Assembly: GCF_040938485.1 (NCBI RefSeq)
Contig: NW_027271539.1
Coordinates: 372,001-436,000 of the forward strand
Origin: Diadema antillarum
Taxonomy: Eukaryota
DNA length: 64,000 nucleotides
Reading direction: 5' to 3'
In this document: one piece after another, positions 35,684 to 47,872 of the stretch
Numbering within the stretch: the stretch's first letter is position 1
Layout: the number at the start of each line of letters is the position of its first letter
Program-made: the position numbers and the translations under genes
Notes under the pieces: generated by a model
Seen by the model: the letters and a program-made list of their open reading frames with translations, nothing else
Told to the model about the DNA's origin: nothing
Database searches by the model: none

Positions 35684-36587
35684 ATCGTGAATAGATGCTC
35701 ATGGTGCAGAGAAAACATATTGCAAGCATGAAGAGAGATCTGAGAAATAGGATGAAGGAAACGTTTACAGAAATGCTTGTCTAGATCACCAGGTTTTGAA
35801 TGAAATTTAGTAAGGGAGGACAGATTATGAATGTCTTGTGGGAGTTTATTCCATAGAAGTAGACCAGCATATAAAAGTTATCAATCACCTGAGAATTATG
35901 GGTTTATGGCACAGCAAGTGAAGATGACTCTGAAGACGTAAGATTCCTAGAGGGATTGTAAGGGATTATCAAGCTTCAGTTGTGAGAAACAGTTCCATGT
36001 AACAAATAGAAAACAAGTAACAACAACTTAGACCTGATTTGACATTGAATGAAATGTGAAAACTTGTCACATTAATAGGAATCTTACTAAAGTTCACCCT
36101 CTATGTGCTCTGCTTATTGATTGGCACATGAGCTGATTTATATTCTTTTGCCAATTAGTACAGAAGTCCTCAAATTAGCTGTTGGTGTTTAGGGACCGAA
36201 ATGTGACCAACCTCTACTGTAGCACAGTGGCTCCTTTGTATACCTGTCACATTGTTTTTACTAGAGTAGTTTGTTCAAACTGACCTATTGCCGAGAGTCG
36301 GGGGGGGGGGGGGGATCAGTGGCTGGACAAGTTACGACCAAATGCATGGTGCCAAGCATGTGGAGATGTACGTTGTGGACAAGAAAAGAAGGCCAAAACA
36401 AGGTTCAGAACAAGGGCTAAATAAGGGCCAAACCATCAGATCCATCAAGAGACATGATGCATGGATACCCGCAAGATGGAGAAACAAGATAAAATTATTT
36501 AGGAATGAATGATACATGTATAGAGATTCTAAACACTTGTGGTGAAACCAGTGGTAGGATGACTTTTGCCAGGATGGCAAAAGATGA

Positions 36588-36770
<183 letters not shown>

Positions 36771-37527
36771 TAAATCTCCCATCCCGTCTCCCATGCCCCA
36801 CCTGATCTTCCCCTAGACCATCACAGATGATCACGATTTTGATATCAAAAACACACCAGACCCCAGTCCAAAGTTACAATGCACCAGTCTTGAAAAGTGT
36901 AATGCTGACATTTCTTACTGAGTGTTAATATGGTAGATGCCATCGTAGAAATAGTGAATAGGCTGTGAAAATATTAGGTTGTGGAAGTACCCTGTACTTT
37001 CTTTAATCTGTCTTTAATGACTTTCGAAACAGCACAGAAATGTATTGCAGCACAGGGCTTATCATGAGGGAACAGCCAACGAATAAAAGTTAATTACCCA
37101 AGTCAGAGGATTCCAATCACATTTACTGAGTATGAACCGGTACTCTACTATACTTCAAGATTATTTCTCTTCCAAATTTAGAAAGCTGAAAGTAATGATA
37201 CATCATTGCCCATTCATAAAGAGTATTAAAAGGATAAAAGAACAAAAATCGAAAATAGGATAATTTTAATATGTATGCATTCTATTGCAGTACGTAAGCG
37301 TCCCATGAAAAAATATGTGAATCAAATCAAATCAAAATTCAGAAAGCAAATGTCACTAGAAAGAAGCAGAATTGTAGCAGTAGACACAAATGTGTGCATT
37401 TTTTATTCAGTTTGTCATTGGTGGTGTATCAAGGTACCAGGATTGCACAGCAGTCACCTGTAAAATGTTTATAACCATTTTGTTCCTTTTTTTTTTTGAC
37501 TTTTTGTTATTGTTTTCGTAATGATAG

Positions 37528-37750
37528 ACGGAATTCATCCGAGGATTATTGCACCTGGTGGCTGCCAAGTTAAAGCATGATATCCCAGAACTCCTTTTTG
37601 ATGAGCAGCTCCTGTGCCACACCATTGATGAATTGCTCCTCTTTGACAAAGAGCTGCGGAGTGCGCACTACCCACCCTCACAGCCGGGCTGTCTGCATGT
37701 CCTCACTCAAGCAGCCTGCTTTGATCGGTGGATCGGCATTGAAAAACAGA
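37528..37750 (+). CDS. RINT1: RINT1 exon 7
   Basis: Acceptor gatag|; TEFIRGLLHLVAAKLKHDIPELLFDEQLLCHTIDELLLFDKEL...CFDRWIGIEKQ; donor A|GTAAGC; phase 0 to 1. Confidence 0.93.
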
Positions 37751-37867
37751 GTAAGCCACTTGGGCAAAGAGATATTATATCAAATTATTAGGACATCACT
37801 ATATTTGTGGGTATTACAGAAATATCTTTTCAGATATCTGAATGATTCTTGACAAAATCACTGCATA

Positions 37868-38180
37868 GGGTGGTGATTTGGCTCAGTCAGTAGCGCATCT
37901 GCCTCCCAATCCATATGACCTGGGTTTGATTTCCAAGTCTATCTGAGCAATATTGTGTGTAATCATACCATCCCCTATAAAGAGGCATAATACAGAATGC
38001 AAAATACATAAAGGAACATGTCCTTGGATAGGACATAAAATGGAGGTCCTTCATTCATTGCAAAAGCAGGGTTTATGATCCTGGTGAAGTGGTCCGCCTC
38101 ACATCCAACTGGACCCCATGGGAGACCAGCTATTGCACCTGAATATGGGCTATCCAGCCATCTTCTCAAATGGAAGTGAA
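37868..38180 (+). mobile_element. Degenerate tRNA-derived SINE
   Basis: A-box-like TGGCTCAGTCAG (37879-37890) and B-box-like GGTTTGATTTC (37923-37933); 3' end uncertain. Confidence 0.55.
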
Positions 38181-38360
38181 ACAAACAAACATTTATTGGA
38201 ACTAAACCATTTGCCACCAGTACTATCTTCCTGGCATGTACCGTTCTCCCTGGTAGAATGTCACAACGTTTTTTTATTGTTTTGTGGTTGTACCATGTCA
38301 CAGAACTTTCATGTTTGCTTTGGATTTCACATTCTCTCTGTGTCTTTTCTGCATGCACAG

Positions 38361-38498
38361 TTGCGGTACGGAAAGTGGAGACGTTGCTATCTTCGTCATC
38401 AGCCTGGGTGTCCCAGTACAAGGACATGATGGAGGCTGATGAGTCAAAAGTTCCTGAGTGTGTAGAGGGATTCATGACTCTCATGTTAGTCATTACAG
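38361..38498 (+). CDS. RINT1: RINT1 exon 8
   Basis: Acceptor cacag|; AVRKVETLLSSSSAWVSQYKDMMEADESKVPECVEGFMTLMLVIT; donor AG|GTTAGT; phase 1 to 1. Confidence 0.95.
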
Positions 38499-39084
38499 GT
38501 TAGTCAAGCTGCTTCTCTACCTGCAGTGGTTTGTACTGGTGTATGGGGTTGTAAAGCACTAGTAGCTGTTAGAGCACATATATAGGTTTAGCATCCATCA
38601 CTGATCATACCATGTTACATTTCTATGCCAACCTATTGCCCTAATCCAGCTGTGTGGGTTAATAATTTCACTGAATTCTTGTGTTTGTTGTTGTGTTTTT
38701 AGTTAGATAAGCTCTCCGTCTACTCTCAGAGCATTTAGCAGATGAGCTGGTGATGAATGTGGCCTTTCAACTGCAAACTTCATCGTATGTCATTGTGTAG
38801 TTATGACACCGTGCATTTGCCTTGTCCACTGCATCCACATAGGATCATTTGTTCATGCATTTGGTTGGTTATTTGTATCCCACAAAAAAATGACGTAATT
38901 AATGCAGCAAGTTTAGTAGAACACATCAGCAAAGTTTGAGGAAAACCAAACGCTATTTTGAAAAGTTATGAATTTTCAAAGTTTTGATGCAGCCATGACT
39001 GGATGAGAAGACTACTACAGGGCATGATGTCACTGCAGGACAACAGTTAAAAAAAAATATAGAGAGAAATCCACAAAATACATA

Positions 39085-40868
39085 TGTGACCCGCGACAAC
39101 GGTTTCAGGCAATAGTCGCAAGAGCAAATTCCCTCCTAGTCGGGTACGAAGATTTTGACCTTTATTTTTGTCGATTTTGTTTTTTTGCAGAAATAGAATC
39201 CTTGATATGTTTTCTACATCTACACTAAATTTCGTAGCATAAGATTAAGTTTTTCCAAGCGAAAATGGAATTTTAAACACCCTATATCGGATCGCACTTG
39301 TCAGTTTCGATCTTCATTCGAACGCTGCGCCAAAGTGCCCATTGTTGCTACGGTGCGGCGTGTTGCGTGTGATTGGCTGGTGGGTCGCACACATTTACAC
39401 AGTTCGGCTTTCGGAGACACGTCTCGCAGCGTTTCGGGAATGTTTTGTCCACGCGTGCATCTTCCATTGTTGTTGCCACAATAGATACACTCGCTCTGCA
39501 GTGTCCGATCTTTGGCTTTTACTATCCAAGCTTTTCTACCGCTATGTTCGACAGCGGAAGTAACACAAAAAGTGAACAGCTACAATGTACACTAACTTCC
39601 AACGTAAAAACAGATACATGGGGAACATGGTTTGAACCCATCAGAGTCGCAAATCGCCACACAAATGGTGCAACATGCGATCGAAAACTCACATTTCAAT
39701 TGCAGCAAAATGACATAATCTTGTAAAAGAAAACATACAATATTCTCAAAAATGTGTTCTCGTAGTAAATGATTATGACAGAAGGTTGACACAAGAGACA
39801 GCAGAGGAGAGAAAAGGAGCAGTCATAAATGACCAATATTGATACTGAACGTCAAGATTGCGCCAAACTAAGTAGTTATGTGTGTGTGTGTTTTTTCTAT
39901 GATGAACACCATCGCACAGTGCTACACATGCATGGCTTGAAAAAAAAAACAATGCGCCACCTGCTCCTGTTATGTGTACACACAGGCGGGGTGTTTGGAT
40001 GCCATTCGGTAATGTGTGCACCATACGTATACACTCAAACACCAGCAGGTTTGCAATTATCTTACCTGCCATCTTGAAAGACGTAGTGGTAAACAAACCC
40101 GAGAGAAACCCATTGTGTTCGGCTCCGCATGCTGAGTTCTGAGGAAGGTGCTAGGGAAATTTGACTCTCTTAGTGAGCCAATCAGAAGGTGCTGTGGTTG
40201 ATAGAGGCGGAGCTTAATCTCGATTGGCACCATCGTACGGGTGGGTGATTCTCACCTCGCATCGCCGCTCTGACATTGTCTTTGAGCAAGAGGTGAATCT
40301 TCAAAGCCTGTTTTCTCGCAATTTTGTCAGGTTAATAAATTAAAAAGTGAATTACATTTCGCTTTATATGCCCACTTACAGTACCGAGGAATACAAGTAT
40401 TTTACATCAATGCAAAGCTTAAAGGCATAATTTACCATTTGCAGATGAAACAGAACCCAGCATTTAGTGCTTTAAAATAGTTCTAAAATGTGAGTTAGGG
40501 GTAGAAACAACCACTGTGAAAATTTGAATCAGTACAATCGATGCTAAGTATTGTTAAATATAGAAAATGTGAACAATAGTTATAATAAAAATGTTTCCAG
40601 ACTAAACCGTATACCGTTCAGGTTTATTGAGAAAAATACTAACATTTCCTTTAATATATCTTAGGCTTTATTGCAAAACTTTTTATGGGAGGGTGTTTTG
40701 TGGTACAAGAGACCTACACATATGCATGAGAGGCGTTATCTTGAACATTTTTCAGATGACTGCTCCCAAAGGTAAACTGGACCTTGAAGAAATGGGCTAT
40801 GTGATTCGATGAAAAAATGAATTTTCAGAATTCCTGACTTTTGCCTGAAACTGTTGTTGCTGGTCACA
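39085..40868. mobile_element. TA-flanked TIR element (TGTGACC termini), 1.8 kb, non-coding
   Basis: Left TA|TGTGACCCGCGACAACGGTTTCAGGCAATAGTC vs right end reverse-complemented TA|TGTGACCAGCAACAACAGTTTCAGGCAAAAGTC. Confidence 0.8.
40423..40650. mobile_element. Nested TTAA-flanked insertion (Kolobok-like)
   Basis: TTAA|AGGCAT...TTTCCT|TTAA inside the 39085-40868 element; TIRs match only at the terminal AGG/CCT. Confidence 0.5.
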
Positions 40869-41256
40869 TATGTTTTAAAGGAAAAGTACATGTTCTCTCG
40901 ACTTGCCAATGACACATCTTAAGGGTATTTTTATTATTCCCCCTACTTTCTCAGAGAAGGAAAGTCAAGTGCTCTTTCATTATGATAGTAAAATGAAAAT
41001 ATGTTGAATTTTCTCTATTTATCCCGTAGTGATGTCACAAACTGTTGCAGTCTTAGCCAGCAATACTGACACCAAAACTTTAAAAATTCATAACTTTTCA
41101 ACCAACTGTCCAATTCCAACAATCTTTGCTAATGTGTTTCAGTAATATTGCTGCATCCCCTTAATCATCGTATATTTTGGGGTTTCATTCTCCTTTAGCA
41201 GTAGGATATTAACTTGTATCATGTCTCTGTTGTCCATCTCTTTAACCACACCTTAG

Positions 41257-41456
41257 AGCGCTACAGGTCTCTCGACTCCCCCACCCACCACCTCCGCTTC
41301 CTGGACTTGCAGCTTGAGCTCCTGGATGACTTCCGAGTGAGGCTACTCCAGGTCATGAGGCAGGAAGCCTCCAACCCCCTCGGAGACCACTACACGGCCA
41401 TGCTCAACGGAGTGCACTACATCATCACAGTGCTCTCCGAGTGGTCTGAACAAGTG
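41257..41456 (+). CDS. RINT1: RINT1 exon 9
   Basis: Acceptor ccttag|; RYRSLDSPTHHLRFLDLQLELLDDFRVRLLQVMRQE...VLSEWSEQV; donor GTG|GTGAGG; phase 1 to 0. Confidence 0.95.
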
Positions 41457-42515
41457 GTGAGGTCATCATGACCTTTGCTCCCTTTCCTTCTCCCCCCCCC
41501 CCCCTCTCCTCCCCCCACACACACATACACACATTCTTGTAAGATGTGTCAACTGAGGATATGATAGTTTCTTCAAGGTATGAGTGCATATTTCATGATT
41601 GTTTGTTTTTGAAAATGATTATTTTTCTCTATTATGCTAACTTGAATAAATGAAATTGAAAACCATAAAAAAAATGATATTCAAATTCAGTTTAGTATTT
41701 AAAGAATTAGGTAGGCTCCATGTAATGTATAGGCGCATGCACAACAATCGAGGTAACTTGTAAAAATGGTCACATTTCCTCATTTGAAAAGTGTGAAGTG
41801 CTATTCGTCTATATGCAGAACAGGCAGGCGCATTATATACCCCTATAAAGGTACATAATTATGTACCCCTAGGGGTAGGGCCTTAAGAGGATGCTTTTTC
41901 ATTTGGTTTAAATACTCTAAACAAAGGGGCACATAAGCCTGATGTGAAATGTTTCCCTGCTTACCTGGAGTTAAACACTACAATATCCCAAATTGAAGCT
42001 GGTTGCCATAACGCACACTATCCACACACATACGCTATTTTGTTCTGGCCATAACTCATGTGCATGCACACTTTCCCGTTGTTAACACCACACACACACA
42101 CACAGACACACAGACGCACACTTTCTTGAAATGTCATTGGTACAGAGATTTTAGATTTACCAATTTGGTGACATACACACACATAAAGATCCATATCTAT
42201 CATGTTGATATAGTGTACAATGGCCAAATGAAGACATGTGAATCAAACAGGTAGCAATATCATAAAAACTGAATGTCCCACTTAATGCTATGTATACATT
42301 ACCGGTGATAGACGTGCCAACTCGCATTTCTTACGCATTTACATGCTCTCAACCCCACATTGTGATTTGTTACATTACTTTTCTGATTGAGGTATCCATA
42401 ATTTTTCCTGAATGTAAGCTTTTAAGTAATGTATAATTTGTCTTCTCTAATTCCAAAAACCTGTCAGAGAAGTGGGAATAAGCTGGCCACCAGACAAACA
42501 CAAGTTTGAAAAATA

Positions 42516-43280
42516 TGTGACCCGCTACAACAAAATGATCCTAAAGTTGGGCGAGGTCGATTATTTGAAAATTGCATGACACAATTCCCTAATCTTTCTG
42601 CTTTAAATTGATATTTAAACACATCTTATAAAAATAATCGGCTGCAGAGATATCGATGTTTCAAAAAAGAGCATGTCGAGACGTCTGGGAAATCACTGTT
42701 TCGAGAAAAGCGCCCTAAAAGTTCTCCTTGCGACGCAATCATGATCAAGGGACACACAAGTCAGTATTCACCTCCGGACAATAGAAGGTAAGCCCTAGCA
42801 ACCCCCGAAATGTTCATTCAAACACAGCGTCGACGGTCTCCTCACCGACCAATCAGTGACCAGGAGGCCAGGAGAAGTGGCTGGGCATAGCGCACCCCGC
42901 CAGCACGCACCAGTCGACTGGGCAGTGTGCGAGCTTCACGCTTCGGTTAGCGGCAAGCAGCAAACTGACCAATGAGATCACTCTGGCCGTTGTTAGGGGC
43001 GGAGCCTATGTGTGGCGCTTAATCCAAATGTTCGAACCAGTTTCTGCTTCGTTGAAACGCCAAAAAAACATGGCCTAGAAAAACGCTATTTTTTAGTCTT
43101 TCCTTCCATCATTTTGCTTCAAAATTTAGACAGATGATAGAAGACATGTCAGACTTTAATAATATGTCAAATTCAGAAAATCGTAAGTTTTGACCAATTT
43201 TGATGCTCTGACTTCAAAACTCGATTTTCACAGCTTCGACCGTGCGCGACTTTAGGACCATTTTGTTGTAGCGGGTCACA
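42516..43280. mobile_element. TA-flanked TIR element (TGTGACCCG termini), 765 bp
   Basis: TA|TGTGACCCGCTACAACAAAATGATCCTAAAGT...ACTTTAGGACCATTTTGTTGTAGCGGGTCACA|TA. Confidence 0.88.
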
Positions 43281-43288
43281 TATATATA

Positions 43289-43853
43289 CAGTCAAACCTG
43301 TCTTAGCGGCCACCTGTCTATAGCGGCCACCTGTCTACAGCGGCCACTGAAAAATCCCCCCGAGAGAAAAGCCCTGTTAAAGACCCTGTGTATAGCGGCC
43401 ACCTGTCTAACGCGGCCAGCGGCCACAAATTTTGTTTCCCGCGGTAGATTTTAACCTGTCTATAGCGGCCACAGAGCCGGTAATTCAGCATGTTTTTCTG
43501 ATTTGTGGCCGTGCCAGACATTTATGGGCAACGTTCAGTGATCGCCACCGCTGCATTCATCACTTACTCAGTCATAATAATGCACTAGTGTAAAGCTTTC
43601 TTCACGACTGTACACATGCTACTGTGCAACAATTTCATAAACACCGGCATTGTTCAATGCATGAAATACACGTGTGTATACTTACGCATAGTACATTATG
43701 TACATTAAATACTTATCGACGTATCCAACGATGATATATGTACATGTAAAGGCAATGCACATTAAGTTGGATTACCTGTCTATAGCGGCCACCTGTCTAT
43801 AACGGCCACTTTTTTCGTTTCCCTCGGGTGGCCGCTATAGACAGGTTTGACTG
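43289..43853. mobile_element. Tc1/mariner (pogo/Tigger-like) MITE
   Basis: TA|CAGTCAAACCTGTC...GACAGGTTTGACTG|TA with many subterminal CCTGTCTATAGCGGCCAC repeats. Confidence 0.88.
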
Positions 43854-44640
43854 TATATATTTTTCATATTTAGACGTGGTCAGGCGTTCAGGAGATTTTG
43901 ACATTGAAAAACTGTCGGTCAGTTCAAAACGCTATAGCAACATGCTTCATATGAACTGAAATAGTTTGTATTTCAAAACACTGCTACGCTTTGAAATTTA
44001 AACGAAAGATGTGGCAAAATCTCCATTTCTGGTACTGTTGACTCCCATTACATGTATAACAAAGTCCTCGGGACTGGCAGTTGTCTTTTGTATATCAAAG
44101 ATAAATTGAAATTGAAGAAATAAACAATAAAAAACATAGAGCGGATAATCTTGCAGCCTAAACATTTACTTTGTTATAACTGGAATTTTGTTATAACCAT
44201 ATTCATTTTAACAGGAGTACACTGTATGTAGCCTGCATGGTTCGTATAACATTAAGTTTAGGAGAACGATATGTGTTTGCATGTCATACTTGATAGAGTC
44301 AGTTACCATTTGGCTCACTTCATATGAATTCAATCGTTCCTTTGTGATTTTGCACTGCATTTTATGCAATAGTCATTAATCTTCTTCTTGTTCTTCTTCT
44401 GGAACAAATTATCGTATTTAGCAAACTGTTGTACACACATGTGTACGTACTGTGTGATAACAAAGCACATGGAGAGTAATGGAAATAGGGCTGTCTTGTA
44501 GGTAGCATGATGAGTTGTTTCTTTGTTGGAGATTGTGTTTCCATTCAATGACATCAACAAGAAGTCACACTTTTTTTTTTAAATGTCAGACAGTCACCTT
44601 GTAACCCATTCCACATCCTTTCGTCCTCCTTCTCCATTAG

Positions 44641-44736
44641 TTCTTTCTTCAGCTGCAATACTTTTCCAAAGAGCAGGCTCGCATGGAGAGGCTCAACGCC
44701 CAGCTAGCCGAGGGAAAATCCCCAAGTCTGCCCACG
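44641..44736 (+). CDS. RINT1: RINT1 exon 10
   Basis: Not in the ORF track in this frame. Acceptor ccattag|; FFLQLQYFSKEQARMERLNAQLAEGKSPSLPT (FFLQLQ conserved); donor ACG|GTAAGG; phase 0 to 0. Confidence 0.9.
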
Positions 44737-45232
44737 GTAAGGGGAGTCCTACATCTGCACAGCTGTAGATGTTATTTCAGACAGTGTCACTTCCTTTCAT
44801 GTTTGAAAAAGACGACGCACATGATAGTTATTGATTGAGTTCACATCCTGTGACCTAGGTAATACGCTGGAGAGCATTCAATCGATACAGTGTGGTGGAA
44901 ATGTAGTAGAATAAATATTTGTTATCAGTGGTTTTGTTTTTGAAGATTTTAGTCATTTCATTGATAGTAAAAAATGATTACAAAGTAATGATTATATTTT
45001 ACTGATATTGTTCTTACATATCACTTATTATCTTTGCATGATAATGTTTTTCAACGTTATTACTGTCATTGTTGGGATTATTATCATCATCACCATGATC
45101 ATTACATTTATTGATATTGATATTTTTTATGGTCATTACATATATTAATTTTGATTTTTTTGATGTAATTATCATTATCACCATTCGTATTATCATCCTA
45201 TGATTATTGATGTAATCTGTACTTACATGTAG

Positions 45233-45387
45233 CTCCTGGATGAGAGTCCCACTGAGGCACTGTCAGGGACAGTGTTTGATGAGATCCTCTCCCTCTTTGA
45301 GCTACTCCGGGAAGACATGGCTGCCACCATAGAGAAGACCGTTGTCATGGAGATCAAGGAGAAGGCCAGATACTACCAAAAAGAGAA
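45233..45387 (+). CDS. RINT1: RINT1 exon 11
   Basis: Not in the ORF track. Acceptor catgtag|; LLDESPTEALSGTVFDEILSLFELLREDMAATIEKTVVMEIKEKARYYQKE; donor AA|GTAAGT; phase 0 to 2. Confidence 0.9.
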
Positions 45388-45470
45388 GTAAGTGGGATCA
45401 GGGGCTTCTTCTATGAGAACCTCACTACTTTAAGTCATACAATGTGTTTTGCCTGGTGTGGAATATCCAG

Positions 45471-45638
45471 GGCACCATTTCATGAAAGTTGTCAACCCTT
45501 ACAAGTTGCCTGTCTCTTACAATTTCAGTAAAATCCTTGGTTTTGATTGGCTGAGAAGCTCTGTTCACTGACTGTTACTGTGGTAATCGTCAGAGACTGA
45601 TAACTTGTCAGGGCTGGCAACTGTTAAGAAACGGTGCG
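45471..45638. mobile_element. Harbinger-like MITE related to the ~31589-31737 copy (inverted)
   Basis: GGCACCATTTCATGAAAGTTGTCA start; internal TTGGTTTTGATTGGCTG is the reverse complement of CAGCCAATCAAAACCAA at ~31657. Confidence 0.6.
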
Positions 45639-46238
45639 GTGAAGTTGATGCAAATCATCACAGAATCCATGTACGGGATATCCCGTAGTTTTAAAAAGCG
45701 CATGCAACCATTCGTTTCAGAATTGTTTTGAATGCTGTCATTGCTGAATGAATAAAATGCTAGTGATTCATACAATCATGTAAATACAGACACTTTTCTC
45801 CTCTGTAAAATGATACATAATTTGCCGTATTTCATGTTATGTTTTCCAGCAAGGAGCAGTTTTTTTGACAGCAATCAGTTTGAATGCACTCATATGAAAA
45901 AAAAAAAAAAACCAAAAAAAAAAAAAAAAAAAACCCCAGAAAATGTGCTGGCCTCCTTTGTTTGTGCACATTATACAATGCGTGCACTGGCCTGATTTGG
46001 GATAATAGCATCATGTCCTTAGCTGAGAAAATAAATACCACTTGCGGTGTATTTAAAGATGAATGCCACTGGAGGTATTTAAAAATAAACACCACTTGTG
46101 AGGAGCTGTTGTGGCTCAGGAGATAAGACCATGGAATGTCAAACCATGAGGGTGCTGTTGTGAGTTCCATATCTGCAGTGGATCTGGCCCTAGGCAAGGC
46201 GCTTTATTTTTGGTGTCCAGCCCTTCAGAGGGGACTTA

Positions 46239-46621
46239 GAGGAATGGTATAGTTTTGGTTGAGATGGGGCTTCAGGTTTCCAGCTTTTCAGGGAGATTAT
46301 GAGAAACCTATTATGAAATATTGAAGAGCATACAATTCTAAGAGGAATTCAAAGTTTATTTGATGATAATTAGTTGTGAAATGGCTGAGATATCCAAAAA
46401 CAAAGAGCTCCTAATAAAAGGGGGACACACCTTTTGTTTGGACCACTTTGTTATCCTATATTTTGATATTTTAGCCATTTCAAAACTGATCTTCATCAAG
46501 TAAACTTTTAATTCCTCATAGAATTGTCTGCTCTTTAGTATTTCATGTAAGTGGTCTCTGGTCATCTCGCAAAAATTAAAAATCTGAATCCCCCTATCTC
46601 AACCAAAACTATACCATCCCT
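46239..46621. mobile_element. Kolobok-like MITE
   Basis: TTAG|AGGAATGGTATAGTTTTGGTTGAGAT...ATCTCAACCAAAACTATACCATCCCT|TTAA. Confidence 0.78.
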
Positions 46622-47691
46622 TTAAATAGTTGTGGGTTCCATTGTTGCATTCATTGCTTCCATAGTGGCCTAATGAAATCAATCAAATCAGTTCAGTCTA
46701 ATTTTCTTTTCGTTTCTCAACTTTCTAAAATATGAGTTTCACATGCATAAATCATGAACGAGCCATCAAATAAGCCTTCCCTTCCCCATTTTTTGTTTTT
46801 TGTTTTTGTTTGCGTGGTAAAGATTCCAGAAGTGATTGTGGTTAGGATTCTCACTACTCCTCATTGCAAGCTAGAAATCTGGTAGAGTGTATTCATTTAT
46901 TCTGAAGGGGTAGATGACTTCAAATACATTTGTAAACACACACATGGGGTGAAAAAAAGGAAGTATTTTCCTGCAAGGATCAAAAGAACTGGTACAAATA
47001 TGAATGTTGCCTAATGAGCCTTTGGGACTGAGGCCCTCTATTGTTGTTACTATTACATTTGTCACAGAGAGAGAGAGAGAGAGAGAGAGACAGATAGACA
47101 GAGATAGAGACAAGTTTAGTGAGAATTGTTAAAAGAGAAAGAAAAAGTTAGAATGTGGAACTGCAGAACATTGAATCACATATTTTTTTTTTTTTTCAGA
47201 ATAGAATTACTTCGTCGTAAAGTTTGTATTGACAGTAAAGATTCATTCTAGTATTAAAGCACACATTCAAAGAGAAGCCTAAAATATGGAAATTTAGACT
47301 TCAGTGGAAAACTCAGAACTTATAGTATGTTATGAAGTGTTGTTCTTTGTCAGTGGGGGTGCTTTGTGAGTGTAAGATTCATAGGTTGTTTGAAAGCATG
47401 TACATGAAAAGACACATCTTCAGTTTGAGAAATATGAAAACACAAAAGATGTACTTAGGTATGAGTCCTCTCAATATCTCTATATTATACAAATAGAGAG
47501 TGGTCACGCATGTGATAGTTCATCTTTCACCAAGTGTGAAATTTGGTTCCACTGCATGAGTTCATTCTATACACTATAAATTGTATTATATGTCACATGA
47601 TTAGCAATTGACCAATTGGACAGCTAGAATCTTTTTAGGTGTGGTATAGAAATGTCTTGTTCTTGACTGAATTATAAATTTCTTTCAACAG

Positions 47692-47872
47692 GTGGTTTTC
47701 CATGCCTTCTGCAAAAGACTACATCTTGCCTGCACTGTCTGTGACAGCTTGTGACATGCTGCAGAGTCTGAAAGAGAGACTACACCTAATACGAGACCAA
47801 CTCACTTTCTATCTCTTCGACAAGTTGTGGCAAGGCATCGCTGGCAAACTAAACAAATTCATCTTCCAGGAG
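47692..47872 (+). CDS. RINT1: RINT1 exon 12
   Basis: Acceptor caacag|; WFSMPSAKDYILPALSVTACDMLQSLKERL...LWQGIAGKLNKFIFQE; donor GAG|GTAAAT; phase 2 to 0. Confidence 0.93.

Noticed and set aside
41236-41256. U12-like branch sequence CTCTTTAAC before RINT1 exon 9
   Set aside because: The paired donor is GTTAGT (U2-type), so the intron is not called U12.
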